In this document: in pieces, positions 39,066 through 53,080 of the stretch
Layout of the letters: each line of letters starts with the position of its first letter
Position numbering within the stretch: the first letter of the stretch is position 1
Assembly: GCF_032854445.1 (NCBI RefSeq)
Contig: NC_088295.1
Span: forward strand, 32,018,510-32,082,509
Direction: 5' to 3'
DNA length: 64,000 nucleotides
Source: Liolophura sinensis
Lineage: Eukaryota
The notes under the pieces: generated by a model
Told to the model about the DNA's origin: nothing
The model's input: the letters and a program-made list of their open reading frames with translations, nothing else
The model's database searches: none
Program-made: the position numbers and the translations under genes

Positions 39066-42000
39066 TTCGCACTTCTACTTCCCCTTGGCATAAATAAACT
39101 GGAGGTCAAAGTGAAGCTTGCAGCGCTGTTACTACATTAAACTTGTTACTACAGTAAAATTCTTTTCACCCGTGACTAATCAGCACTATCAGTCAGTTCC
39201 ATCTGTCGTTCGCCCATATTTTGATTCATAACATAATATGTTATACGTTTAACATGAAGCTCTAAGAGATGAAAGGCAATATACGGGAATGTCACAGCTA
39301 TTGAAAATTTGCACTCGTTTTAGATGATAGCGTTAAGACTGATGGTGTAATTTCATTGGCCTGTAGGATAAGTTGTTAGTCATAGTTGGTCAGTACTAGT
39401 GACTATTCATTAAACTTTACTAAGCTTCTTTTTTTAGCTTTTGTGCCTTGTGGTTAACTAATTGGTCTTTGTTGTGCTTTTAATTGCCCTGGCTTTTACT
39501 TTTCGCTGGTAGTACGTTGGCCTGATGAGTAAGACGTCTAATTCATTCGGCTATTAGCATATTTGCTCATCACTCAAGCCTTGGAGCGTTACTGTTGACT
39601 GTAAGCTAGTGTTCGTTGTCCTAATTATCACCCCCTATCCTGCTGGCCAACTGTGAAATTAGAATGCGTATACGCGTCAGCTGATACTCCTTCGCTGGCC
39701 GAATCGTCGACTGAGTTCTCCCGACTAGTGACCAGTGAGACCTATTAGAATCTGGCTCCCACAAATTTGCCATGTACCTAAATTGTTGTGGCGGCTTTCC
39801 TAGGCTCAGCAAGCATCCTGTGCGCAAGATAGAGACAGTGTTACCCATAGCAAGTAAACCGGAGATGAAGTACAATGCAATACATTCAGTTATAAACAGG
39901 AATGCGCATATAACATCCAACCTGAACCCAAATCACACTTCAACTGAGTGGCTTTATACGTTTTAGAACCGAATTTTAAAAGAACACCCAAGCACACAAG
40001 ACAACCAATCATCATATAGTGCTAAATCCCTGGTCTTTTTCAGCAGCCTGTAGAAAAAAAAAGTATCCTTCAAATCTGTAATTTTTCAAATATTTCCAAC
40101 AGGTAAAAGGAAAACGTCATGACTGTTCATGATTTTATGTATTCTGTGTTAAATGGGCTTTCTTCGAATTCTGCCCAGTTTTCCCCGTTCGTCGAACTGT
40201 CGGCCGTCTAATAAGTGAAATAAACTTGAGAAATGTGTTAAAGGCCAACTGAATGAAGCAAATGTTTTTAGCGGAGAAATGTAGCAAACGCAAACTAAAT
40301 GAAGTGCCAAAAACAGTGTATGCTAAAGGTAAAGTCAATGGGCTTTTAACTTTTGTGATTGATGCCATTTTTTGTCATGGGGCAGACTTCCACTTACGGT
40401 GAAAGGCATTTGTCCCGCTGTGTCCTGGGTAAGGGTACCACTATCGAAGAGTAAAGATGAGAAACAACTTAATTCTCAGATCAAACACGAAAACGCTTGA
40501 ATAAGATCAATACATATATTTTCACATTTTTAATTGAGAAATAACATAACTGACAATAATATACAAAACAATACAAATAATTATAAATATATATAGCGTC
40601 CAAATCCGGATGGAATATTCTGGCTTCCAAAGGTGTGTCAGTCCACGTCCGTGATGCTGAGCTGTCGATGTATGTTTCATTCCTCGGAAATATACACAAA
40701 GTCGCTTGCAGGGTTAACTGGGATGATATGTACGTAATTTCACAAGAGACAATACAAGCTTCAAAATAACGTTTAAAAAATAGCATGTGATGAAACACAA
40801 GCTCGCAAAGGGCCCTGTACAGAAAATGGAGTACGAATGTCGAATGGCATGAAAGCCGAGATCTCCAAACCCAGCAAAATCCTTCACAGTGAATGACAGT
40901 AAATGTGACTGTTCTCAGGTAAACTTGAATGAATGGCTGCGAGCTTCACAACTCCGCCGCTCATCTTTATAGACTATCATAAAGAAAATCCCGGATGCTT
41001 TGATCGTAAACATGTTTACAACACCGATACATATTTCCAGAATGTGTACCCTATGTACAATTACACAAAACTCATGAACACCGAAGACTGGAGAACGCTT
41101 GACTGAATTACAATGTAGGCTATAACATACATAAATAAAAAATATATAAGACAACGTTTAAAGACGGGTTTCGTAACACCTGGTAGAATAAGAACTTTGG
41201 TCGGCTAACCGTTTCGGTGAAACCTGCCAAAAAATAAATCAAAATAATCGCAAATGTTTTAAACATTTTAGACCTTAATTGCCATATACTATAAACTTCG
41301 TAATATAGTATATTGCATAACCAGCAGATGATCCCTTTTTCTTCCCTAAGATGTAAAAAACATCTCGCGATTACTGTGTTATTGTCAGTATTGGTTTTCT
41401 TCCCCAGTGGAACGTCTCTTCTTCTGACAAAGCTCCTAAGTAAGTTGTAGTTAGTGCACAATTCACAGTCTTAAACTGCACTCTAGTTTCATGGAGTTAT
41501 CGAGGGCTCTTTGGGAAGCCTCGGAAAGACTCCCGGGCTCACGTGATCTTGACCTTCTTTGCCATAAATGGTCGTCAATCTCATTCCAAAGGATCTATGA
41601 CCACATGGAAAAACTCCCCTGCGAGGAGCTACAGCTGGAGGATAGGAGAACATCACAGGCGGAGCCTATGTTGACAAGACCCATATATCGTTATATAGCC
41701 CAAATCATTCCTTCATCTATACCAGGACTATATACAGCAAGAAGCTTCTGAAACTTCTGAAAAGTTTCATTATTTATGTGTACAAATCCAAATTTATATG
41801 TATATGTAAGTTAGTTATATTTAGTCATTTTCAGTTCCCATGTATCTAAATATGCCCCCCCCCCCCCACCCCAAATATATGTTTAAAACTGCCCAAATGA
41901 AACAATGCAAACGCCAAAAAGAAACTAGACGACGATGAAACAGGTCCGTCAAAATTCTCCTTTTATTTCTTTACTATCAATATTATTATCGGATACATGT

Positions 42001-42734
42001 AAACACTTTACATATCTATATCCCCCCCCCACACACACACACATATGCCAGCATTATGATAATCAACATCTATCATTGAATCTGCTGAAGTGTGGTCAGA
42101 AACCTAAACAAACAAAAAGATCACTGGTTACAAGCTATATTTCTTAAACATGTAAATTTAAAATCATAAATTTTAGGTACTTCACATTGCTTGAAGTATA
42201 ACAGTTTCCCGTGAACGGGCTCATGCCTTTTGAACTGTCATTTCTTAAGCTATGTTTGTACTCACAAGCTTGACTTGCGGTTCAAGGCTAATCATAGCAT
42301 TATACTTATGACGACATAATCAGTACCACCTGACTTAAGTCCGTCCAAATTGATGACATCACATGGCAAACCATCACACTATGAGAGCTGAAAATAGGCC
42401 CACCAACAACCAAGCAATATTATTATAGTTCATGCCCTTTTTTCTTAAATTTTCCAATCATATCAGGCCTAAATTAAAGCCATTCTAAAATAGGTTTTAA
42501 TGAAGCTTCATATTTATTATTGTAAACGTTACTGTTTAAGAGGAGTTGAATCAAGATTTTGACTCTTCATACATTGTAGCCTACTGGGTAAATATTGCAC
42601 GGCATTAAGGTATTTTGTTCAGAAACGGATCATCCTACTATATCCGTCAGCCAACAGGTTTCCAATAGGACAAAACAGAAGAAAATTAAGACTGTCAATA
42701 CCTGCTCTCCGATTCACATTTTTCACCGAGTCGT

Positions 42735-42830
42735 CAATTGTGGACAATGACGATGACGTCACAGTCAGTTTGCGTATTGTTCTCTATGGACGTCATTTCC
42801 TTCGATGACGTCACAGTAACGGATTGATTT
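42735..42830. promoter_or_regulatory. cluster of three cAMP-response-element-like sites (TGACGTCA and half-site)
   Basis: gacgaTGACGTCAcag (about 42742), ggACGTCAtttcc (about 42790), gaTGACGTCAcag (about 42816), all within 90 bp. No assignable gene is adjacent in this window. Confidence 0.3.
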
Positions 42831-43391
42831 TCATATATCTACAACAAATGTTTGACCAATGACATGCACCGGTTTAAAAGTGAGCTTCATCGTCATCGTG
42901 GAATAAATAAATACATTTTCCATTTTGCGACACTGAAATAACTTTAGTGAACGATCCCATCTGGCTTGGTAGCTCAGTTTATGGAGCGGTTGGGCTAGAC
43001 ACCTAAGTGTTTTCACTTGCATCGGTTTCGTGGTCGGGGTTATTCAATACAGAAGTGGACCAGATCAAACGTTCCGTTCGATGTTGTGTTTTATATATTG
43101 CAGTGGTTAGATATATAGTGAAGGGTTGCGTACTCAAGATACACAATTATGTAGGGTAACACCAACAGAAATCTAGTTTAAAAATGTTTCCTTGTTTACA
43201 TTCCTGCAGATAATGATCAAAGAACCTGGCAAGGTAAGGTGGGTAATCGGCCACAGTGCACGAAACTGATCACCTCAAGAAGCGAAACCGACTGAAGCTG
43301 TGAGTGACAGCTGTTGACACACTCATAAGGCTACTTGTTTTTTCGGTCCTGTTTTACTGTTCTTTCCCTGTTATATGGCAAGCATGCTACT

Positions 43392-43650
43392 TATTATTTA
43401 TTTGATTGGTGTTTTACGCCGTATTCAAGAATATTTCACTTATACCACGGCGGCCAGCATTATGGTGGGAGGTATCCAGGCAGAGCCCGGTGGAAACCCA
43501 CGACCATCCGCAGATGGCTAGCAGACCTTCCCACGTACGGCCAGAGAGGAAGCCAGTTTGAGCTGGACTTGAACTCACAGCGACCGCATTGGTGAGAGGC
43601 TTCTGGGTCAATACGATGCGCTAGCACGCTAACCAACTATGCGATTTATA
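43392..43650 (-). mobile_element. full-length SINE copy
   Basis: matches family consensus. Confidence 0.9.
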
Positions 43651-43916
43651 AAGCTCCAAACATACACTGAAGCAATGAATAAGGCATAAAATAGTAAAGT
43701 GGTAGCCTGCTCCAGTCAAGCTGATTTATATCATTTTTTTTTTTTTTTTGCATTAGACACTACAGAAAAATCTGTACTACTAAAAAAACTACAGTGGGGA
43801 TAATCACTGCACCATCATTGTAACTTTTCGAAAGATTCTTGAGCACGCAGTTCTGCACCAATCAATTAAATACATATATACTGTATATATGTCCAACTGT
43901 CCAGCCTTATGCTCCC

Positions 43917-44093
43917 GTTATTTATATTTATTTATTTATTTGATTGGTGTTTTACGCCGTACTCAAGAATATTTCACTTATACCACGGCGGCCAGCATTA
44001 TGGTGGGAGGAAACCGGGCACAGCCCGGGGGAAACCCACGACCATCCATAGGTTTGCTGCAGACCTTCCCACTTACGGCCGGAGACCGCTATT
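43917..44093 (-). mobile_element. SINE copy (3' two-thirds)
   Basis: matches family consensus. Confidence 0.85.
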
Positions 44094-45394
44094 TATAACC
44101 TGTTAATGTTAGCTAGAGGACCACATGTCCTCTCAACAAGGATTCACCTATGATTTGGCTACAGTTGCCAGATATTGCTATATACCATAGCTTAACAATT
44201 ATCCATTCTAATTCATGACAACACTTATTAAATGCAAAACAGCTTATATCTATATTCACACAAAAGGTATGTTGCCAAATAACATAGACTCGAACTCTTC
44301 CTCGCAGTGCAACCTGTTCTCCATAATGACTGCATTAGTTCACTGTACTACGAAGGATTCCTGACATACTAGAGCAAAAAGTTTTTAACTTGAAAAAATA
44401 TGACAACATTTATCACATTATAAAGTTTATGTTTAGCACAAGAAGACAAACGTTATCGAAAATGAAACTTTGACTGCATGTAGAAATACACACATGAAAG
44501 TTTCAGTAAAAATAGTATTCTGGTTCACGTTGATCTTCATACAGTAAATTAAAGAGTGCATTGTTTGAACGGAAAATTGATTTTTGTTTTATCAAGAGTG
44601 CATTTTTGGCTGCTTATTACTAAGTAACCTTCACTTTTAAGACCACATAACTTTTATGAATGATTTGATCAGGTTTTATGCGCCTGCTTTGGAAATTTAC
44701 AGAATTGTGCTGGGATTTTGAAATTTGCACTCTCTTATACCTTTCTAGAACATATTCTCCGTCTTACCGTACTAGGTCGCATGGTTGCACAGCAGATTTG
44801 TACAAATATATACTCGATTTCCCCTTTGTACGCTTGTGTATCTCTCCGTCATCATTATTTTAAAGTTTTGGAAAAGCTACATCATCTAATAAACCACTCC
44901 AAACCATGCATAACAATACTTTGATTTATTTTTTAGACTTTTGTTAAGAGAGGTAAAGGAACATATTATCTGACTCTGACTTTTTTCAACTCTGACCCTA
45001 AATGTTGGAATAACTACGTTTACCCATTAGAAAAAGATTACTGAAATAACGTTCTCAAAAATCCCTTCCTTCTGGTGAACATCAGGAAAAAAAGATGATG
45101 TGACGTCAGGTGAGTTTTAAAACGAGGAGAGCATCTAACATAACATAGATTTGGGGGTGGGGGACACATTTCATATGCTTATATTGCAGTTCGCCTTGAA
45201 CAAAGGTCAGATCCTGAAATCTAAGTCACAATTAGATAAGGCTTCTGAATACCAATGGAAATTCCTTCTTAATCTTTGTGTGTCCCAAATGAATCTCACC
45301 ACCTGTCCCCTTTTAAAATCCTGCACGAACAAATTTCAGACATTCGCAGTTTCTTCTCACCTATACATTGGAACAGCAAATCCCCGCGGTCAGG

Positions 45395-47030
45395 ATGTCG
45401 TGTTTGTCACACATTTTACTGGCAGTAACAGTTCTGGTGCTTACAGTAAATGCTGTAAGAGGTAGGCATACCTGCATGTTACATACACAATTATTAGCTA
45501 TAATCTACATATGAATCACATTTTATCAGCATCTATTAGTCTAGAGAGATTTGAAAAATTATCCAACTATTTTTTGGCGATATGTATATATTGAGACAAA
45601 TATGTTTACCCCTAGTTTAAATGTTGGCCATGTTGCCGAAATGTTTAGTAGTAAGTAACCTGATAATGGCATGAGTTGACAGTGCATGCTATTATCGTGA
45701 TCTTGGTCCAAAATATTGAGTCCAGGTCTCTTACAGCTGCTGATTGACCTGGCTACAGATTGGATAGATCATCACCTGAGGTATCGGAAAGCCATTGTCA
45801 TGTGCCGATAACTGTTTTAATTTGGAATTATAAGGTTAAACGTTTACATGTCAGATTTAACCCTTTGTAATCATGAGCCCTCAGTCCACCTATGAACTCA
45901 TGCCGGTTTCTAACAGGAGTTTTCCTTTCTAACAGTTGCAAAAGGCATTATGAAGTTATTCCACAGTTCAGAAGTTTAAAATGTTCAATGCTATAAGGAA
46001 TTTACTAACAATCAACTGACACTGGTGCATTAATTTATGGGGTTACCCCGAGAAATCATTGGGTTCCAATGCGCATCAGGCAGCTTGTGTACTTCCCTTA
46101 TGGGAATGGTCGGGTCATGATCGGGTCATAGTAATTCGGCCATAATCCAAGACAACCCTGTGTCCTTCTGATCTGGTCACTGCTTAACCCTAAGAAAGTT
46201 CGGGTGGCAGTTAAAGAACATCAACCCCTAGAAATAACTGGGTACTGAATTTCCCGGCTTATATACATGAGGCAAGCATTTCAAAGAGCTAACCTGAGTA
46301 ACTCTTCATTGATGATCATGTGACATCAGTTACATCTGACAGAAGCATACAACCTGTAGACCTACACAACCATCAACTGTTGAAATTGTTAATGAAGTGT
46401 TGTTTTTTGTGGTTTAGATGAGATCAACGTGTTGAGTGATTTCCTACATAGAAATCATTTATCATTATGATAGCTGGTGAACGGCCTAATACAAAATACA
46501 TCATAAGCTTCAGGTACAGGTTTGAATGATTGGTTCATGTAAAGTTCACTAAAGCTTTAGCGGGACTTTATCACCACAATATGAAAGTATAAACTAAACA
46601 TTAATGCCCTTATGTAGAAATCTTTTCCTAAAGAGACTGAAAATCTGTCCATTAGTAAAACAATGTATGTATCTATGTACGCTTGAGGTTTTACGTTGTA
46701 CTTTAGGTGTGTGTACATATATTGTGTCTTCTTGTGACACGACGAGTCCATGCCGCCATAGTGCTGCCACCACTGAAATATCATGCCGAAGACACCAAAC
46801 ATGATATTCTACTCACCCTGCCACGTTATAATGTTTCCTTGCCCGAACCTCTCAGTACTGAGCGCCAAGCCAGCCCTTAAACATTTCTTAAGCCTTTAGT
46901 ATGACCTGGGTTTGATCCCAGGTCTCCCCACGGTGAGGCGGACGCTCTAACTATTTGGCCATCCACGAGGTCTAGTGAGACAAGGAGATGTGGTGTTATT
47001 GATGCGATAGTGTTAGTTACGTACATTAGG

Positions 47031-47121
<91 letters not shown>

Positions 47122-49662
47122 CGTCTATAGTTCAGTGAGTTGTACAAAATAACTGCCCCACCTTCTCATCCATGTACGTGTAGATGGCTGCCCGGATTAC
47201 AATCTCCTGGGACCTTGGGGTTGTGCCTACATGCCTAAGTGCTTCGGAGACTCAATGTGTCCAGCAGGGCAGCAGTGTTGTCCCCATCCATGCGGAAATC
47301 AATGTGCTGCAATAGGTATATCATCATACTTTCTTTTACTTACTAAAATCAATGTCAAATCAATGATCGACTGAAGTTCCGGCTTTCATTATGAACACAT
47401 CTGAATTATATTCTTAAGCATTTTCAATTCAGGTTAAATTTTCCGAAGTCATATTCTGTCGTCAACATAATATTTATTTAGACGAGTTTATCATATACGT
47501 ACCATGCACGATAAGCATGGGAACCTGAAACCAAACAAAAACGGCATGTCAACTGAGAAAATCATACACCTCTGTGTTCCGAAGATTCCGTGATGTCCAT
47601 TCTTGTGCCTTTAATCTGCTTGATTTCAATTGGTCGGCTGAGTTATGAGGTTTGTCGTACACAGCTTGCAAAGGGCGGTGGAATACTCCGGAAACACTGG
47701 ATTCCACAATGCACCCACAAACTCCACCACCATATAGGTGAAAACTTCCACAGTAATGTATTAAACGCCAGTCAAAATAATAAGACCTGTAATACAAACG
47801 TCAAAGGGAAAAGCATTTTCTTATCCATTCCTGATAGTGCACTGCAAATCCCTAAACTGTGGTAAAGTTTGTCCCCATGGGTACGAGAGAGGAGCGGATG
47901 GATGTCAGACTTGCCATTGTCGTGACAGTGAGTTATCATATCTGTATACAATAACCTCTGGTGTTTGATATATAATCCTTTCTTTGAAAGTCACAAATTA
48001 AATTTTGAATACTCTAGAAACTAATCTAAGTTACCATAATATAATGTTTTCTGAGTGACGCTGGAACAGATGTGTGTTACATTCATGTAATATAATATTA
48101 TGTTTTCTAAGTGACGCTGAAAAAGTTGTATGTTACAGTAATGTAATATAATATTATGTTTTCTGAGTGATGCTGTAATAAATGTGTGTTACAGTAATGT
48201 AATATAATATTATGTTTTCTGAGTGACGCTGAAATAAATGTGTGTTACAGTAATGTAATATAATATTGTGTTTTCTGAGTGACGCTGAAATATAAGTGTG
48301 TTACAGTAATGTAATATAACATTATGTTTTCTGAGTGATGCTGGAATAAAATGTGTGTCACAGTAATGTAATATAATATTACGTTTTCTGAGTGACGCTA
48401 GAAAAGATGTGTGTTACAGTAATGTAACACAATATTACGTTTTCTGAGTGACGCTGGGATAGATGTGTGTTACATTAATGGAATATAATATTATGTTTTC
48501 TGAGTGACGCTGGAATAGATGTGTGTTACATTAATGTAATATAATATTATGTTTTCTGAGTGACGCTAGAATAGATTTGTATAATATAATGTTTTCTGAG
48601 TGACACTGGAATAGATGTGTGTTACATTAATGTAATATAATATTATGTTTTCTGAGTGACGCTGGAATAGATGTGTTACAGTAATATAATATAATGTTGT
48701 GATGAACACAATACACAGTACATTAACAAAAGTATTTCTGTTGGAATAAGTTTGTCAAATATAACATATCAGTTTTAGCATAGTCTATTCACCCAGAACA
48801 CATATTATCCTGTCCGTTTCATTTATGTATATTTGAGAGAATGACTAACCGCCTATTAATTACTCCTTCACCATTGTATTCTTCCCTGTTGACTGATCTA
48901 ATTATCTAATTATAATTGCTCTTTATTTTTTGTTTTTTTGTGTGTGTAGAGTCAAAGTGCACAACGGTATGTATAAATTGCTATATAAGTTTAGTAGAAA
49001 CAATTAATTAACTTGGATTTTGAGTCTTTACATTTGTCAGTCTACGATATAAGTACATTCCAGGTTCATAAAACAAGCTTGTGATTATTTTCCATATATA
49101 TATTGTTTCAAATACAACGATAGGTTTCCGAGACAGACCCTTTAATTGCGTGAACCACATTATAGCCCTTACCAATGTCTTGTCATGTCTAATGTTTAGC
49201 AACATATGTAAATAAGTCTTTTTCTTACATTCCACAACATCGGGAAATGCTGTGAGGCTCTCATTTTACAGAAAATTACAAATTTCTTGATGTGTTTCCA
49301 AACTTTATATCGATTGATTTCATAAAACAGGCCACCATGATAGAAGTGAAAAATCTTTAATATGGCTTTAGACAACTTTCAAATAATAATAAAATGCGAC
49401 ACAGATATGTGATCATTCCTTCAACTTAATTTCAGTTCCAGTGCTTACTGCAGAATACAAACCTCCTCGAAGGAAAGTAGAGCTTCTCGATGCATTTGGA
49501 TTTGAACCGATGAATAAAGCATATAAATTTGAGCAAGAATTTGCGCATTTTTCAATTTATACATTTGATGAAGATTTAACACCGATGATAAGCTGGAATA
49601 TTTCACTTTTGTTGCAATTGCTTGTTAAGTATACGTGGGTGAGGGAAGTCGACGAGGAATAA
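45395..49662 (+). CDS. secreted small cysteine-rich protein: signal peptide + WAP four-disulfide-core domain + antistasin-like 6-Cys domain + acidic C-terminal tail, about 168 aa. CDS join(45395..45461, 47184..47315, 47838..47927, 49437..49662)
   Basis: Exon 1 is MSCLSHILLAVTVLVLTVNAVR, a hydrophobic signal peptide, followed by a GTAGGC donor. Exon 2 is DGCPDYNLLGPWGCAYMPKCFGDSMCPAGQQCCPHPCGNQCAAI, with the 8-Cys WAP pattern including the CC and C-G..C signatures. Exon 3 is VHCKSLNCGKVCPHGYERGADGCQTCHCRD. Exon 4 is IPVLTAEYKPPRRKVELLDAFGFEPMNKAYKFEQEFAHFSIYTFDEDLTPMISWNISLLLQLLVKYTWVREVDEE then stop. Phases are 1/1/1 throughout and close. Acceptors are cgtgtag, ctgatag and tttcag; donors are GTAGGC, GTATAT and GTGAGT. 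Confidence 0.6.
46885..46980 (-). ncRNA. tRNA-like sequence (tRNA-Val-like anticodon region CCTCACC and intact T-arm CTGGGATCAAACCCAGG): tRNA pseudogene or head of a different SINE family
   Basis: Minus strand reads GGCCAAATAGTTAGAGCGTCCGCCTCACCGTGGGGAGACCTGGGATCAAACCCAGGTCA. The anticodon stem is not complementary, so it is unlikely to be functional. Confidence 0.3.
47037..47120. repeat. compound (CA)n(TA)n microsatellite
   Basis: acacacacacacacacacacacacatatatatat...; lies in intron 1 of the WAP gene. Confidence 0.95.
48035..48700. repeat. minisatellite, about 11 copies of an about 60 bp unit (GTAATATAATATTATGTTTTCTGAGTGACGCTGGAATAGATGTGTGTTACA...)
   Basis: Direct tandem repetition. Lies in the intron between WAP-gene exons 47838..47927 and 49437..49662. 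Confidence 0.9.
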
Positions 49663-51243
49663 GATTTAACCCATATGGTTATTTTTAAGAGACCGAAAGT
49701 GTATTATTCGTAACAGTTGCGGAGCCTTCAAGTAGAACTGATTAAACAATCAAACCATGTGCAAGATTTGATATTGTCTCTAATACGTCATTACTTGGCC
49801 ATCAGACTGATAACGTGGTAGGCCAGGAAGTGGAAGGTGTGGTGTGAGCTCAATGCATATGTGACCAAGCGGGACGTGATATCCTAAACATGGCATTTCA
49901 GTGATGCAGGTATGCTGACGCTGGGCCTTCTACAAGGAGACGCCATCATGATATGGGACACAAATAATTTTTGGTATACGTATATAAAAGCTGATGAGTC
50001 AGGACGCACGCTTATGTGTGTGTATATGGTATAACAATTTCTTTATTGCAAACTCAAGATCCATATATAAAAACATTCTACAAAACAGATGGAGATTAGC
50101 AGGATATTTATTTCAATAAAAAATAACCAACATAATATTATCGGAATGTTTGATTCAAACACTAGAAATTAAGTACAAACATATATTCACCATATCGCAT
50201 ATGCTGCTGTAAGTTTATGGTCGACATGGTGAAAAAAAAGTTCCATGATCTCCTCTTGACCGCCACAAGCAGAACGTAGTAAACAACATACGCAAAGCTC
50301 GGAGAGCTTTACCCATACGGATCAGACGCATGGATTTCTTTGTTATTTCCTTCGCCCCCTGACCATACTCTTCGTTGTATGTTACGAAGTTGTCTTCTCC
50401 CATGTTCGCGACAGGTTTAAGTGGATGACTGTTATCTGTTTCGCTCAGACCCTTACATTTGCGGATGTTAGATTTCGACTTGGGTTTCAACTTACCTTTA
50501 AGATACCTTTATCTTTTTTAACTTTGGTCTGAAATGGCACTAGATTTGAGCCTTTCCTAACTAGCACGTACAATTACAACATGTGTTCTGGTCAATCGTT
50601 CACAATAAAAAAATTTTGCCCTGGCACACAGTACAAGATTCTAGAGTGTCGACACGAAGAGTGTCCTCTCACAAGATAGCGCGCTGACGTTTTATCATAC
50701 GACACGTTTCGCTCGAAGCAAACAAACAAGTATACAGCTCTGAATGTTACTATAGCAACATACAACTTCACAACAATGATATAAGAAGAACTGAGATGGG
50801 AAAGATTTCTTTAATTTCTTTAGCATCCCCCCACAGTGTCCGTTAACTGCGGTGGTAAGGCGTTTTTCATGTGTTGAAAAAGGGAAGCTCTTGTCCCTTA
50901 AACAAAGGTGGAGATGACAAGCTCTATAGGTCGCCTTATAGTGGGATTGTGTCACTTATTCCAAATATTTGGTCTCAGTATTGTTAGCAAAATTTATCAT
51001 ACTATAACAATATACGGGACAGGCACGCCTAAGCAAAAATATTGTAGTCACTGTCGTTTTCGGCTTTTCGATTCGATCGAAGGAGTTCAGGCTTCAGATG
51101 TGTGCTTTATAATATTTCTAGTATTCCTTCTCATGTGGGAGTAATTACTATTTCTCATGTGTCAGTTTGCGTAAAACTCTTACGAACGAAATTGATTGGG
51201 AATTGGTTGGATATACTTTTCTGTTAAACGACGGACAGTTTTT

Positions 51244-51775
51244 CTAGACACGACAACGAACCTTCCCAAAAATCTCTTTTAGAAGTTTTCTGGTTGAGTC
51301 CCTGAAATCGGCATTCCGCAAAGTGTATATCAAAGTATTAAGTGCATGGGGCAAACGTGGACATACCGATGTGATTATGTACACAAGTCTGACATCCCAT
51401 CCTTTCATGACATTCGGAATAAGAAAAACAATGGCCAGGGGTAGCCAACCGATCACCATTGTCGCACAGATAACTAAAAACAGCCGAACAGACCTGGAAA
51501 GTTGCGCGGTTTTCTGATACTGTGACGACGACAGGTTTATTTCTCCACCCACTATGGTGCGGCGATTGTGCTCGTGTTTTCTGGCAATTCTTGAGATGTA
51601 AAAATACACGGTGATGACGCTGACGGCAACGGGCAACACGATGCCCATCACAACAAAGCTGTAAAAAGATATGGTGATTTCGTCTCTCCCGTTACAAAAG
51701 TTGATAAGGTCAGAGTGGCCTTTGCCTGTCGACAATCCATACAAAGGAGCAAAGCCTATTATCAAAGATCGCTAA
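51244..51775 (-). pseudogene. truncated GPCR pseudogene, 3' ~55% only (TM4 to C-terminus); near-identical duplicate of 60470..61040
   Basis: 173-aa ORF, MIIGFAPLYGLSTGKGHSDLINFCNGRD..., is about 95% identical to residues about 200-377 of the intact gene. Similarity extends into 3' flanking DNA (50540..51250 vs 60050..60470) and stops abruptly near 51775. The TM7 motif is mutated to HALNTLIYTLRN, losing NPxxY. Confidence 0.75.
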
Positions 51776-53080
51776 TAACATGAAACCAGGTTCCGACCTT
51801 AGGGTGCGTCGATATCTTTTCGCCCCTCCAGATTTGCCGTTGGTGAAAGCTAAGGCTAATGGTATGAAATGCTTTGGGCAGTGACAAACATCCGGATAGG
51901 GCCTGATGCAAAAGCTAATCATGATATCCACTATATGACACCACGATAATCTAGGCCTAGTGTATAAGCCTATAGTTTTCTAGGATAAGATATATACACG
52001 AAAAGACAGTGCCCTTTATATTCAGAGAAGCCACGACAATTTAAAAGATAGTCGTGCTTTACTATGTACGCTATCTTACGGCTAAGGCCTAGGGCTACTT
52101 GATATAGCTCTCTCAGAACTCAAACTTTTAATTTATCCAAACATTATTATAATATTTTATATCAAATTTCAAAGAGGTTTTTTGATATGGTTTATCTTCA
52201 GCCAAATTAGCCAACAAAGATTTCCAGCCATCGTAGATCTATACGCCTATAGGCCTGTCAATCAATAATTGTATGACGCCAAACTGCAGCTAAACTCACA
52301 TCTTTTATGTCTTTGCAGTTCAAACATGAAATTTAGTGACAGAAAATGTCATATATTTGCCGAAAGAAGTCCGCACTTTACATTCATATTACGTGTACGT
52401 ATGCCAAAGACCTATATGGAAGTCGCCTCAAAAGCCAGCTGAATATGTTACCAGAACTAGTTGGGCAAGTGCGAAAAGGCCCGGCTGTCTTGCACCGTCT
52501 TAAGATAGTAACAGCTATTGAAACCTTCAGTGTAAAGGTATCTCCCCATTGGTACCTGCTAAAACCGTTCTGTTCTCAGAGGTCGCCAAACTTCTAAAGA
52601 TGTTCAGAACAATCCCAATTTCAAGTGCTTCTTTAGAGAGATCATTTCCAAATCTACGCAGGTTGAAAACATACTTGCGTTCAACAATGGCTCATTCTTG
52701 ACTAAATGATCTAACACTGATTCATTGCCACAAAGATCTTGCTGACAAAATTGATTAATTGGGGAGTGTGAATGACCGAAAGAAATCTCTGTTTTTGTAC
52801 ATTTCTAAACTCCATTCAAGTTCTGATTCATTTTAGATTCAGTTTCATCTAATATTTTATTTGGCGTTTTGGTTTGCTGCTTGCTTGGTTTTTAATGCCT
52901 GATAGTATTGTAGCTGTATATAACGATGGCCAGCCAGTTACGGTGGAAGGAAACCTACACTACTTGGCAAGCTACACTAGCAGGCTTTTCCACGTAAAGT
53001 CAAGGCAGAAGTCGGCGTGAACCGAATTCGGGCCCGTTATCCCACAAGTGGGAGTCTACAGTGATACGTATTTATTTCTT

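Noticed and set aside
41491-41751. 86-aa plus-strand ORF MELSRALWEASERLPGSRDLDLL... and neighbouring minus ORFs at 39621..41461
   Set aside because: No recognisable domains, no convincing splice context and AT-rich low complexity. Left unannotated.
42960-43060. Functional tRNA gene
   Set aside because: Only the D-arm and A-box region is tRNA-like. No complementary acceptor or anticodon stems could be folded by eye. Kept only as a note in the findings.
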